Below, in pieces: positions 49,801 to 63,729 of a stretch of 64,000 nucleotides of DNA (position 1 is the stretch's first letter; each line of letters starts with the position of its first letter). Below the pieces are notes generated by a model, which worked only from the letters and a program-made list of their open reading frames with translations, did no database searches and had not been told where the DNA came from. The stretch spans positions 4,774,001 to 4,838,000 of the forward strand of contig OZ176051.1 of assembly GCA_964247055.1 (NCBI GenBank). The letters run 5' to 3'. Made by a program: the position numbers and the translations under genes. This DNA comes from Paragordius varius (lineage: Eukaryota > Animalia > Nematomorpha).

Positions 49801-52800
49801 GACCCCAAAAAACGACACACTCTCTATATACAATATGAGTAAAATAAATTGTTGTTTTGTAGCAAAGATTTCTAGATTGCATTTACAGTCATGACTAATG
49901 GAAAAGGGAAATATACATTTTATACATTAATTTTAAGCCAACCCTATTGCCCTTATTACTGTATATGTATATGCTATCTGGCAATACAATCAAATGAAAA
50001 AATACCAATGGACTTTTGCTCATATTGTAACTCTTTGAATAAAGCAGTTTAACAAATTTACAATATATAATATCATTTTTTTACAATGTGTGTCAAGGTT
50101 GGACGTTCCATCATGCGTGAAGCTGGTTCCAACAATGACCTTAAACGCGTCAGTTTAGAACTGGGTGGTAAATCGCCCAACATAATATTTGCCGATTGTG
50201 AGAATTTGGATAAGGCCGTGGAACAGAGTCATTTCGCCCTGTTTTTCAATCAGGGGCAGTGTTGTTGTGCTGGTAGTCGCACTTTTGTTGAAGATAAAGT
50301 TGCGTTTTTTTACGTTTTTTATTTTACAAATAAAATTTAACCAAAAAAAGGGAATTTTTATATATTCTACGCTTCTTCTATAATGAATGTGGTTAGAACA
50401 GAGAATGTATATGTAATTCATAATTTCGTTTAATATTATCGCACTTTTGTCGACGATAAAGTTAATTTTAAGGGGATTTTGGGGATTTTTTTTTGTAAAA
50501 AAAAAGTTTTTTGTTTTAATTAAGTTATAGTGCCTTGTTTTTTATCCAAGAGCCGTGTTGTGCTGATAATGACACTTTTGTCGAAAATAAAGTGTGTTTT
50601 TTGACGTTCCAATGCAAAAAATTCAAAAAGAAGGATTTTTTCTGTTTTTACCAAAATATAAAACTGTGAAGTGATTATTTGCCTTATTTTTAACCAAGGG
50701 CAGTGTTGTGCTAATAATGGCACTTTTGTTGAAGATAAATAGTCAAGTATTTAAATTAAGGATTTTACCAGTTGTTTATAAGTAAAAATTAAACATATAC
50801 TGTAGTATGTAGAATGAAACCGAAATCAGGATCGTTTTTCACCAACAAACAATGCAAAATCATTTTTTAATATTTCGCAAATAACCTTCCTTTTTATAAG
50901 AATATATATGCTTAAATCGTATTTTTGAGTAAAATCCTTCTTAGCTAATATGTACATTACATCATATGTTAGATTTACGATGAATTCGTTCACAAAAGTA
51001 AGCAGTTAGCTCTTGAACGCAAAATAGGCGATCCATTTGATCCTTCAGTTGAACAGGGACCCCAAATAAGTCGAGAACAATCGGAAAAAATTAGAGGTTT
51101 TGTCAAACGCGGTATTCAACAAGGTGCAAAACTCGTAACAGCAAAAGATTCAAAGGATTATTTTGATACAGGTTATAGCGAGGAGTTTTATGCTTTTTAA
51201 TTACAATAAAAAGGTGATTTGTGAGATATTTGTTCAAAAATGTTGCTATAGTTATCCAAAAAATAATATTTTAAACCTTTTTTGAACTGGCATTTATAAT
51301 CATTAATATATAAAATAAATTTATTAATGCAGTCCGCAAAGTCATGACTGTTGACCACACTATTTCGAATTGGTGTATATTTTTTTACAAAAAATAGTTG
51401 ATTTTGTTATCTGTTTGTAAGATAATTAATTTTAGAATATTGAATTGGAAAAAATGTTTTTTTGAAATATTTTATTACAGAGTATAAGAAAGGCTTTTTT
51501 GTTAAGCCGGCCGTGTTTACCGATGTTTTGGATCATATGGAAATTGCGAAGGAGGAGGTATTATACATTGAATGATTGCATTAAATATTTTTATGATTTA
51601 ATACATAAAATATATTATTTTTAGATTTTGATTCATCAGAATTTTTTATATCAATATAAACCATTTAAACTATATTACACTCGGATAAAATGAATTTTTT
51701 TGATATTGTTATTATTACTAACTAACATATAAGTCCAGTGGCGTACCTTATGGCGCCCACTGACCATGCGTGTTTATGAAAGAGGATGGTAAAGAATTTG
51801 ATCTATCAAAAAGTAGGCTCAACTTAAAATACTTTTTTACCGACACGTCGAAAAAACAGTGCATTGAAAGATAATTTAAAGAGATTGCATTTATTATGAA
51901 ATCCTTGAGATCCACGAATCTAGTTATTGATCCAATAAATTCAGATGAGAAAACTACAAAAAAACAATTAGTATTTCGAAGCAATATACTTTTAGAGTTT
52001 AATGATTTCGCCCTTTTCAAATTTACTAATAATAATCCCATAATCTCAGATCAACTTCACACAGAAATGATTATTCATGTATTTTAAGGGTTTCAAAATA
52101 AATGCAATCTCTTATTATCGTTCGATGCCCCAATTGATTTTTTCGGCGTGTCAGTAAGAAAGAAGGATTTATTTAGAGGTCTTGGCTTTTACATTCACCA
52201 AAGAACATATCTCTTATTGTTTTTATTGCCTAATTTTTGGTAGATCTGTTTTTTACCATCATCTTTCATAATTACGTATGGAATGATCTTGGGGATTTAT
52301 ATAAATAAATTCCGGTTTTGATTTCAAATTAAATATGATTAAAATAAAAATGCCATGAATTTATATATTATAAAAATAAATGATAAGGTTACGTTTGAAC
52401 AGACAGAAAAATTTAAATAAATACATTAAAGGCATTAAAAGAATTAACAATATAATCTTGCGTGATAAAGAAATGTGTTTGACCAAAAAAATCATGTTTG
52501 AACGGTATTTATTCCCATATGATAGTTGTTTTTTACATAATGTTTGCTCTTGATCCCATTTACAGTATGCATTTTAATGGTTGCTTATTTTACACTATAG
52601 TAGGGCAATTTACAGGAGTGTATGAAAAGAAAGGAAATTATTGTTTGTTCGACATTTTGTTGTTTTTTCCATACACTACTGTGTGTTGCAAATTTCCCTA
52701 CTATAGTGTAAAATAAGCAACCATTAAAATGCATACTGTATATATTTTTTAAAAATTATTTTAGGGATTATATTACATAAATAGCCAAAAAATTTAAAAA

Positions 52801-54568
52801 AATCATACATAGGCGCCCCTATTGCACATGTTTGTAGGAATACTTACATGAAAGTTGTAATTATTTTGCATAATTTAAAATTTATATAAAAAAATCATAA
52901 ATAGGCGCCCGAGACATGATGCACCCCCTTGCCTTCCCCCTTCAGTATGCCACTGTATAAGTCCTAATTTTCAGTATATAGATCATATCGTGATTTCGTT
53001 AAAATAAACACAAAATATAAAAGTTACTCCCTAAAATATTTTATAATCATATTTTTTTCATATAGATTTTGTCATTATATACATACATATATTGTTAAGA
53101 TTTTCGGTCCTGTACAACAAATTATGCGCTTTAAAACTATGGAGGAGTTACATGAACGGGCTAATAAAACGATATATGGTCTGGCCGCTGCTGTATACAC
53201 GCAAGATATTGATAAGGCATTGACATTGGCCCAAACTATCCGAGCTGGTTCTGTTTGGTAAAAGAAATTTTTTTTTATAAAAAATTGTTTAATAACTGTT
53301 ACTCGGGACCCTCTAAAAAAAATTAGAGAATTTCTCCATTAATTGTAAGAGATATCGCTAAAAATACTTTTTTTTGTGTGTAAAAATTTCGATATGTCGG
53401 AAAAATAAAAAATAGTGTTATTACTGTAATATTTTAATGAAGAAAGAGGTAAAAATGTAACTCACAAAAATAGACCCCACAAATTTGCCGGTAGCAAAAA
53501 CGATAAAATGTCCATCCAAACACCTATAATAATGAGTATAGATATAGTCAAACCAACTTCTTAAGCTATTTTTAAATGTGAATTTTCATTAATTTAAATA
53601 TTTTATATGGTTTTAAATAAACGATTATAATTGATTTTCCGATTTTTTTTAGCTTTGATATTTTGTAATAATCTAGCTTTACACTGCTGTATATCGATTT
53701 GTCAGTAATTTATCCATATTGTAATATGATGAATATGCAATTCTTAAAATATTGTATAATAATATAATTAAAAAACCATTGTTATAAAATTTACAAATTC
53801 GCAAAATATATACGTGACCACCCTTCGTCTGGTTATCAAATAATTTTATCGTATGATTAAGTTATAGCAGCATTAAACTAGTCTGTGATTATTATTGACG
53901 ATTTGTTTCCCATATCAATCAAATTTGCATATAAAATTTTTATTTAACACAAAAAATAAACACTAAATATAAAACAAAATCAATTGATAAAAATTATTTT
54001 TTATTAAAATATATATGGATGATTTTCATTTTTTTATCAAGCACCTTATTATAAATGTAAAAATTGTATTACATTATATTTTGGTTTCCTATAATAAAAA
54101 TACATTTTCTGCTCTGATTTTTTTTCAAATAAAATTACGTTTTTAAGCATTTTATTAGGATTAATAACAATTACCAAGGTTTCAAGATATAAAACATGAC
54201 TAGTAAATATTTTTTGCCATGGTCCCTGATTTTAAACCAAAAAAAAGCTTGTTATCAATTACTAATAAAATTAAAATTGCCTTTTTGACATTTTTTTTAT
54301 ATTCATTTTTGCGCGGCCTTTTATTTTTGTAGGATAAATTGTTTCGATGTGTTTGATGCTGGTGCCCCATTTGGAGGTTTCAAACAATCTGGCGTTGGTA
54401 GAGAAGGCGGCGAGGATGGATTATTACCTTATACGGAATCAAAAACTGTAAATTTTTCATTTTTTGTAAATTTTAATATTTCTATAGAAAATTGATAATT
54501 TGGTTTAAAATTAATTATATCTGTATGTTATTTAGATTACAATTAAAGTTCCGTTGAAAATTTCATAA
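46802..54568 (+). CDS. ALDH2: Aldehyde dehydrogenase, mitochondrial ALDH2/ALDH1-type, 518 aa
   Basis: Exons 46802-47084, 47169-47304, 47597-47837, 49105-49218, 50098-50298, 50973-51171, 51481-51557, 53100-53257, 54333-54447, 54536-54568 (1557 nt). Presequence-like N-terminus; [60 protein letters not shown]. Confidence 0.93.
50440..50739 (+). pseudogene. Three decayed tandem copies of the 3' end of the ALDH catalytic exon
   Basis: 50440-50462, 50532-50593 and 50678-50739 resemble ...cagtgttgttgtgctggtagtcgcacttttgttgaagataaa|gt (exon end 50298). Confidence 0.8.
51736..52955. mobile_element. Non-autonomous hAT element (1220 bp) with perfect 8-bp TSD
   Basis: TATAAGTC|CAGTGGCGTAC...GTATGCCACTG|TATAAGTC, in ALDH intron 7. 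Confidence 0.88.
52563..52738. mobile_element. Tc1/mariner-type MITE (176 bp) nested in the hAT element
   Basis: TA|CAGTATGCATTTTAATGGTTGCTTATTTTACACTATAGTAGGG...CCCTACTATAGTGTAAAATAAGCAACCATTAAAATGCATACTG|TA; perfect 43-bp TIR. Confidence 0.9.
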
Positions 54569-55519
54569 ATGATTGGACCGGATGATATACCAAAAGAGTA
54601 CAATTATGCAATTTTATATTTATTATAAATGGGCTCACAGATCATGTTTATTAATTTAGAAGTATTATTTGATAGCATATATTTTTGTGTATAGACTTTA
54701 TCCTAATCTATAATTAAATCAAATATTTCGTTAGATTATTACTTAATATTTTGCTATCTCGAAGTATTTAATATATTATAATATTTTACGTTTAAAAAAG
54801 TATTAACCCAAAAATAAGTACTCTTATACCCCCTTTTTACCAAATGCCTTAGGAGAGATATTTTTTTAATTATCTCGCTAAACTTAAACAGACACTTTAA
54901 TTTTTTGTCAAATATATTATTTATTTTATCTTGTAATAATTTCCGTCACTAATAAACCAAAAAACGATGTCATTTCCTTAAGAAAAATATTTAAATTTAA
55001 AAAACCACCATTCCTTCAAAACAATTAGCTTTCATATCTTCCATGAATAATGTACTTCTTTTTTACCCTAATAGTATATTCTATTTAATATATTTTTTTA
55101 AGCTTGGATTTGTTTAGAAATTCTATAATCATTTATACTTTTTTACCATTAAATACTTTGCCCTAAAATTTTTGGGTCCAAACTATCTATAATTAACTTA
55201 TTAATATGTGAATGTTTTTACATCACAAGGATGTGACCTTTCCGCTATTCGTGCGTATTATTTGCGATTATTCAAGAAAATATTAAATATTTACTTTGGC
55301 AAGAAACAAATAATTTTTGTTTGACCTTGCAATAATTATCTGTTATAGTTGACCTATAATTGTGATAATATTTGCTCAGTCAATTTTTAAAAATGTATCT
55401 AACCTTTGCTTTTTTTGCAACACTGATTCCGGCCTTTCCATTCTAAGTGCTATGTACTTTTAAAATCACCCTTGTTGTTTATTAAATTCTTAATTTTTTT
55501 ACAATTTTCTTTAAAAAAA

Positions 55520-55712
55520 TCAAAAATTTAGTTTTTTTTCGTTAAATGGGTTTTAATATTTGGTAAAGAATAGAAACAAGAGCTCTACTGTATTAACAAT
55601 ATCATATTTATCAAAAAAAAGTATAAAAATTACCATAGAGCTCTTGTTTTCTCTATTCTTTACCAAATATTTATACCCATTTAACGATAAAAACAATTTT
55701 TTGATAAAATAA
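55520..55712. repeat. Short hairpin / MITE-like inverted repeat
   Basis: gttaaatgggttttaatatttggtaaagaatagaaacaagagctcta...tagagctcttgttttctctattctttaccaaatatttatacccatttaac. Confidence 0.75.
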
Positions 55713-56366
55713 AGGATACATCTGAATTAAAACTTCGTAAAAAATTAGAGAATTGTGTTTTTCAAGCTATCTTTTCATAGAACTTCTCGTTATGTAAGGT
55801 TTTAGTAATTGGAACCTTTTACGTTTATTGTTTTTGGCAAAAGACTTTTTGAGAAATATAGTAAGAATTGAAGTTATACGGATAAAACATAAACACATAA
55901 AGACAAATTTTTTTTTAAAAAATACAATACTTTTTAAACCCTAATTTTTCTCTAATTGTAAAATTTGATGTTACCATTTAGCATCATTTCATACTTGGCA
56001 ATTTAAAACAATGAGTTATATTTAAATAATTAAGTTTAAAAATTAGCGGACTTATGAAAAAAAATATTTGTCTTTATTTTTACCTTTTGTCCGTATAATT
56101 TTAAATTTTACATACCAATTTAGTGTAAATCACGGATTACTTAAGTAGTTTGTCTTTATGGTTTAAATATATTATGATTCGTGAGGCGTTTTAAGTTTTT
56201 ATGGTTGAGAAACAATATATAAGACCAAATTTAATGATTTTGATAGAAACACACGCTAGAAGTCTATATAATTGGTAAATTATTACCAAGTTTATAAAGC
56301 GTAACAAGCGTCGCATATATCTAAGGTAAATTTAAAAAAAGGATTTGTTTTTTTTAAAAAAAACAG

Positions 56367-56406
<40 letters not shown>

Positions 56407-56754
56407 GAAATAGGTTCGATTCACCAATAAATTGCGACAAGAGATTATTAAAAATACTATAAATTAATCAATATTTGCATAATTGCCTACAATAATTTTT
56501 CAAATCAAGAAGTTATTGGTGTTTACAAATTTACTTATTTGAATGTTCGAAAAAAGCGCCCACATTAATTATACGGGATAATGTGAGCTTGGTATAATTC
56601 CATTGAACACATGAAATATCCAGTGATTTTTAAAACAAAAACTATCCTAATTTATAATATAGCTGAATTTAAATTGACTGAGTTGATTACTAATTTAATC
56701 ACCGCAAATATGAATGATTTGTGAAAAAAGGATGTTCAAAATATTACTTTATAT

Positions 56755-57040
56755 CAAGGGGTGTCCAACACAAATGGCTTCGCGGATCGCATTAGCAAAA
56801 TATATAGGAATCGACAAATATTTTATTACATTTCAAACATAAGAATGTAAAAACTACTATTTATTTTAACAATTTTCGCTAGTTCATTGCCAAAATTTGG
56901 TACAATTTATTCAGAAAATTTATTAAAAAAAAATAAATTTTACTTAGATTTTGTAAAATTGTATATGAAATTTTTCGTGGGCAGCAGAAATGTTTTGGAG
57001 GACCGCATAGGTCCCGCGGACCTCGTGTTAACCATTCCTG
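56755..57040 (+). mobile_element. hAT (Charlie-like) MITE with 8-bp TSD
   Basis: CTTTATAT|CAAGGGGTGTCCAAC...GTGTTAACCATTCCTG|CTTTATAT; related pieces at 58740-~59000 (left flank ATCTAGAA), ~3060-3133 and 39756-42294. Confidence 0.8.
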
Positions 57041-60000
57041 CTTTATATAATATACCATTTACAGTTCAAATTCACCCTTAAATTAATTATGTGGTTTTTA
57101 AAATTAAAAATTACCTATATTTTTACATATTTTTAAAAAATGAAATTTTGTTTAAAATTAATATAATGCAGAAAAAATAATAAACTATGTCGTAAAAATA
57201 TATTTCATATTAATGATGAGTTATTATCCGCCCTAAAACAAATAATTTATTTTTAGCGTGATTTGAATTGTTTGAGGGTGATTTTAAAATGTAAATGGTA
57301 TATAAAAGGTTAAGATAGAGTCTGAGTCAATGATAGGGTGCATTCATGAATAAAATTCTAGACCACTTAACTATTAGTTTTAATTTTGATTTATTATTAC
57401 AATTTTTTTGCCGATAGTTAATCGATATGTACAAATAAAATATAAATATATTTTACCTAACCTTATCACCTAAATTTTGTAAAAATTTTACATGGAAACG
57501 CAATATTTGTACCTGTGCCAAATTTAAAGGGAACTATCATGCTAAAATTAAATTATTTGGGTCACGGACAGCTTGTTAAATTGGTTAATCTTACTCATGT
57601 TTATTTATAGGTTCATGTAATTTAATATCATTCAATGTCGTTTTACATAGATAGTAGACCTCACATTTTACAAAAAAATCATTCATTTCCACGAAAATAG
57701 GGTTATTGGGTTTTTATTTTGAATGTACAAAATCAGCTTTTAATAAAATATTGCGCATCTTATATTTACCCTCCGCCCCAAAAATAGGTTAGGCCAAAAG
57801 GTCAAGCAAAACTATTTAACCTTGTAGTGCACCTCGGATAGCTAAATTGTGTATTGTATCGCCCGCCAATGTTTAGCGATAAAAAAGCATAAAATAATCT
57901 GAGTAAATAGTTTTTAATATTTGTCAATATATATATATATATATAAAAAACTTTTAATTTTTGATCGATATATGTTACAATAAAAAAACTCGATACTTCA
58001 ATAAATTTGCTAAACGGATACCTACATCATCATATTTTGCTGAGCAATCTCAATCATGACATTCCTAAAATCTTTCCCGCTCTTTGGTAAAAATTCTGAA
58101 AATGGGAATCAACAAGCCGAAAAAATCCGTTGTTTATGATTATAAACACAGTCTAATTAATATTTTTTATATGGGAAATATTTATACTATTCATGTAAAA
58201 TTTTTAACATTATATAAATAATATGTATAATTATTGATAATTCTAATCGGTTCACCTATTCTTTGATATAAAGGCATGTAAGTTTATAAATTGGAGTTGT
58301 AGGTGAATTTGTTTTAGTCTGGAATTTTTTTGTTAATTTCCTTATTTTTTTTTAGGTTAAAAAATATACGATACATAATCTTAATATCGTTTTAAATTTT
58401 TATTATTTCATTACGTTTTGATGTCAATTAATAAAAATAATTACCGAACATGCAAATTTAAACGGATTCCATCATCTATATAATATATGAATTTAAATAT
58501 TTTATCGCTAAATTTCATAAAATATATTTCGCTAGATGGCTGACTTTGCAATAAAACCGTATAATATATTATGATGCGGTTAATTGGAATAAAACCCTTT
58601 TTACAAAAGAGTTATTTAAATCGTCAGTTATAAATAAAATAACGAATTGTATTTATTATAAAGAAAGTGGTACTTGAAGAAAAACTTAAAAATTATATTT
58701 TAACTGATAAAATAATCTTAAATTAAATATAATCTAGAACAGGGGTGTCCAACACACGGTTTTACGAAATAATTCTGCAGCTAGGAATTTTAATGCCAAA
58801 TAAAAAAGATTATTCCTTAACAAAATTTAAATTGATTTTTGAATAATTCTTTCCGAATTTCGGCAATGAGATGGCACAAATCGTTGAAAAATATTTAAAA
58901 TTCTTTACAGTTTTATGTTTAATTTCTAATAAAAAATGCCCATATATTTTGCAAAAGCGGGAGGTCGGATTTTACAAGCTAAAAATGCGGCCCGCGAGGC
59001 TTGATATAAAACCATAAGCGCCGCATATGAGATGAAAGGTTAATTAACATCTATTAATGAAAAAATTTAAACACTGAAATTTATATACATTCGAGATAAT
59101 TAATTTTTTTATCAAATAATATACTTAATAATCGACGGGTTTCGGACACAATGTAAAGATAAATACCAATTTTGCTATTTTCTGTTGTTGCAAAAAATTA
59201 ATTTCACATTTTACAGCAGTTATATCTTCTTGCATTGTAGCCTTCTATTTTAAGAAACAGTTTAAGCCTCATATTCATAAAAAAATTAAGGCAGGGATAT
59301 GTGTTAAATAAAAGTGTTTTTTACAATTCAAAATAAATCAAAAAATTGTTATCATTTTTTATTGTGTTAATAATGCGTAAAAGATTTTTTTTACCTCATA
59401 CGGATTGTTTATTAATTCCTGGTCAATAGCCAACATATAATTGAGGAGAAAAGACAATAGCCCTAATTACAGAACATATTGGATTAATAAAAGTAGTGAC
59501 TTTTTTTTCATTCATATATACGAAAAGTATAAATGTTTTTAAGTTTTCGGGTTCCTGTTAAATAGCATCAATCGGGCGTTTTAGATAAGGTCGGCCGCAG
59601 TTTTTTATTATTAGTCAAAAAAAATAATATTCAATAAGATTTGATATTAATGTATGCAAATATTGTTTTGCATATAAAAAAATGCGAAACCGATGTCATA
59701 AAAAATATTCTAGTAAAAATTATATTTGTTTTATGTTTTGTTATGAATCAATTAATAAAGTCATGTTAATTGCGCCATACTGAAAAATCCCTGTGGCGCT
59801 TATTACATTATTTTTATTATATAAAGACTTCACCTAAAAATATTTTATCAGTTAAAAATCATGCTCGCATGTCACTTGATACAAATTGAAATCGGATCCT
59901 AAGCCTGTTAAATTATTTAAATTGAATATATTGCATTCATTTCGTTTACCTATATAGTCACCAAAATTTTTTTCAAAAATGGCTCTTTTTATATATGGCT

Positions 60001-60276
60001 CAACCAGAGGGGAAAATTTATTAAATTTCTAGGAAAGCCGAAACAATTTTTGATTATACTATGTCATTGAATATAATTTAGCAGCAATTTCGAATTATTT
60101 GTTTAAAGATCAGCATTAGATCTGGATTGTTTCCAAATTTTATACTTCCGAAATACAAGTAGAATGTTGAATTTAGCAAAATAACCTTCATAATAATTAA
60201 TTAAGGGCTGCTCTGTAATATGCACTCCAAAATATATTCGGCTAGTGCAAAGGTATAATTATTAAATTGTCTTACT

Positions 60277-61068
60277 ATTTGCAATCTCCGGTACGCCGAT
60301 GACACCATTCTCTTGTCAGAATCCCACACGGACATGACCTATCTTTTAAATAATCTTACCATTGAAGCAAGTTTGATGGGTCTTAAGCTGAACCCAGCTA
60401 AATCTAAAATTATGATCCTAAACGCACCAAAACTACCATTTACAATCAACAACTCCCCCATCGAACTAACCGATCACTGTAAATACCTAGGCTCCATAAT
60501 TGCATCCGACGGTAGCTCGGACCCCGACATACGAGCACGACTAGCATTGGGACGTGCTACTATGGGTAAACTGTCCAAAGTTTGGAACTCATCGGTCATA
60601 AGTCTCCCAACTAAACTTGCCATCCTGAAGGCGATGATATACCCCGTGGCAATTTATGGGTCCGAATCATGGATATGCAATTCCATTGACAAAGCCCGCA
60701 TAAACTCTTTTCAAATGTGGTGTTTTCGAAAAATATTGAGAATCTCCTGGAAAGCCCACATCTCCAATTCTTACATACTCAAATTCATTAAACCCGAATT
60801 TTTACTTTACGATTTAATAACCTTTAAACAGCTAAAATATCTGGGTCACATCCTGCGATCCGACTCGCTAGAAAAAATCATACTCTTTGGGTTGGTAGAT
60901 GGCACCCGCAGAAGGGGCCGACCCAAAAAGCGGTGGATCGATGTGCTCAAATCAATAACAAATCTAACCTTTCATCAACTGTTGAGAGTAACACAGGATC
61001 GCCTAAAATGGAGAACACTAATCTATGAGAAAGCCAGAGTCAGTATATGACTAGCTTATAACAACAAC
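60277..61068 (+). mobile_element. 5'-truncated RTE (BovB-like) LINE, RT C-terminal half
   Basis: ICNLRYADDTILLSES...CKYLGSII...RLALGR...YGSESW...FQMWCFRKILRISW...YLGHILR...RRRGRPKKRW; short (ACA)n tail; no PHD finger. Confidence 0.88.
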
Positions 61069-61174
61069 GAGTACTTTGACGCCTGTTTTGAAAAAAATAG
61101 CCTACTATAGCGGTCTTATTTCATAGCCAACTACTAAAAATTGAAATTCAAAAAATTAAATTTATTTAAATATG

Positions 61175-62356
61175 CATAGCATTCAAAATCGGGGTCATGA
61201 AAAAATATCTTGATAAAATAAATATATTCTGATAGAAAAATGTATCAGGATTATCATGGGGCTTTGGTTTAAGCCCTTGTGAGTGACACAAGAAAGATAT
61301 TTACACTTTTGTGCTAAATGCTCCATATCAGAAATGGCAATTGATCACATTTATTGTAATAAATTTTTTTTGGAAGCTAGAGGCTTGATTCAAAAAATGT
61401 CAAATATATCATAAGCTACATATGAAAAGCAAAGCATTTTTTAAAAAAAATTTATTTTTAGATGTGAGTTCCGGAAGTCCCAAATTCTTTCGCTCTTCTA
61501 AAATGGGTTATCTCTTTAAAAGCAATGCCGAGATTGTGCGATAACATTATTAAATATGGGCTAAATTTTGAGATATAAAAATAATTTTTAAAAATTAAAT
61601 ACTTTTAGAAAAATTTATTTTAAAATTTTGTGAAGCGTTCCTACTATTTTTAGGCATGATGGAAACGGTATAAAAACGCTTTTAGATATTGCAAAAACAC
61701 TTTTTTTATTTAATTTGATGTTGCATTTTCGATTCAGAATTTTTAATAAGATTTGTTAACGTTTAAATTTTGGTAAATTTTTATACAAAAACACAGTTAA
61801 TATTTGACATATATTTGAAGACAAACGAATATTTTAATCAAGATTCTGAGGTAATCGAAATGTTCAGCATGATCAAATTATAGAGAATATTTATTTATAT
61901 ATAAAAGCGTTTCTATATCGTTTTCTTCATGCCTATAAAATAGATTGAGGTACGCTTCAACAAAATTTTTCTAAAAATTAAATTTTTTGTGAAAAGGATG
62001 CATTTTTTGAAAAATATTTTTTTTATGTCAAAATTTAACATATATTTAAAATTTTATCGCGCAATCACTGCCACCCGTTTTAAAAGAGCAAAAAAATTTA
62101 TTATTTTCGGAGCCTAATCTAAATATTAAAAACATTTTTCTTATAAGTAGTTTTATAATATAGTGATATTTTTTGGAATCAAGCATTTAGCTTTTAAGAT
62201 TTTTTACAATAAAATATGCTCAAATTTTGTCATTTTCTGATATATAGCTCTTAACAAGTGTATAAACTTTCATATATCACACAAATCCAAAGTATGTTCC
62301 CTTTTCTATCGGATTATATATGTATTTCATCATGATATTTTTTAGTCTACACTGTG
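61175..62356 (+). mobile_element. Family X Tc1/mariner-like element, uninterrupted copy
   Basis: Left end gcattcaaaatcggggt...aaaaatatcttgataaaat matches the reverse complement of 38095-38138; internal inverted repeat ~61600-61990. Confidence 0.6.
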
Positions 62357-62567
62357 TATATACTGTGTTCAATCTATGGTAAAAAATATTTTAATAAAAT
62401 ATATATTCTGGTAGATTAATGTAACAAGATTCTCATGGTGATTTAGATTTTGGGGCTTATGAGTGTTATAGGAAGTTCCACTTTTGTGGTAAATGCTCGA
62501 CCTAAAATAGCAAATTTAGCGCTCATTATATTTGGTAATAAATTTCAAGCTAAATTTATTATTTTAA

Positions 62568-63729
62568 CACTTCGATTCAAATTGGGGTATCTAAATACCC
62601 CAGACTAAATTTAAATTAAAATTTTTAAAAAACTACTGAAGGAAACGGTCTCAATTTAAATTTATGCTTCTATCTTGATAAATATTATATAAATATACCA
62701 AAATATCTTGATAAAATTTTGTTTTGAAAAAAAAGTTTCATCTCAAACTACTTCGACGCCATTTTTATTTTACAAAAATTTTGCAAAATATCGTCATTTA
62801 ATTTTAAGGGTAAAACTAAAGCTTATTTTTTATATAAATTACATCTAACATTGATAGAAATAGAAAAAGCCCTTTATTTTGTATTATTTTTTAATTTTAC
62901 AATTTGACACATGTCACGTTGACTAAATTTTTACCTTTCAGTTTTAGCTCAAAACAAGTAAGATCAAGTATTTTTGAATAAATTTTTTTATATATTTCGG
63001 TTTATTAACACTTGGATACAACACACTCATTTTAGTCCTTCGATTCAAATTGAGGTAGTTGGATACCCCAGGCCTGTTTAAAATTAAATGCTTTAAAAAA
63101 TATAGAAGGAATCGATACCATGGCAAAATTTTGCACTTATCTAACATTAATAAACCGAAATGTATAAAAAATTTTATTCAAAAATATCTGATATTATTTA
63201 TTTTAAGCTAAAACCGAAAGGTAAAAATTTCGTCAACGTGACATGTGTCAAATTGTAAAATTGAAAATTATACAAACTAAAGCGCTTTTTCTATTTCTAT
63301 CAATGTTAGATGTAATTTATATAAAAAATTAGCTTTAGTTTTACCCTTAAAATTAAAAAGAAACGATATTTTGCAAAAATTTTGTAAAATAAAAATGGCG
63401 TCGAAGTAGTTTGAGATGGAGCTTTTTTTTCAAAACAAAATTTTATCAAGATGTTTTGGCATATTTATATAATATTTATCAGGTGAGAATATAAATTTAA
63501 ATTTAGACCGTTTCCTTCAGGATTTTTTAAAAATATTAATTTAAATTTATTCTGGGGTATTTAGATACCCCAATTTAAATCGAAGTGTTAATGTTATATA
63601 AGTGCAAAATTTTGCCATGGTTTGGATTACTTCCATACTTTTTAAAGTATTTGATTTTAAACAGGCATGGGGTATCCAACTACCCCAATTTGAATCGAAG
63701 GACTAAAATGAGTGGGTTGTATCCAAGTG
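62568..63729 (-). mobile_element. piggyBac-like MITE (outer copy) with TTAA TSD
   Basis: TTAA(62564-62567)|CACTTCGATTCAAATTGGGG...GTATCCAAGTG|TTAA(63730-63733); split by the inner copy. Confidence 0.9.
63009..63587 (+). mobile_element. piggyBac-like MITE (inner copy, 579 bp) with TTAA TSD
   Basis: TTAA(63005-63008)|CACTTGGATAC...ATCGAAGTG|TTAA(63588-63591). Confidence 0.92.

Noticed and set aside
51748-52087. hAT transposase remnant (ORFs 51748..52041 and 51896..52087)
   Set aside because: No recognisable transposase motif; the region is an imperfect inverted repeat.
54600-60270. An additional gene downstream of ALDH (e.g. 57980-58160)
   Set aside because: No convincing ORF or phase-consistent exon chain; mostly MITE remnants. 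A micro-intron-rich or non-coding gene cannot be excluded by eye.
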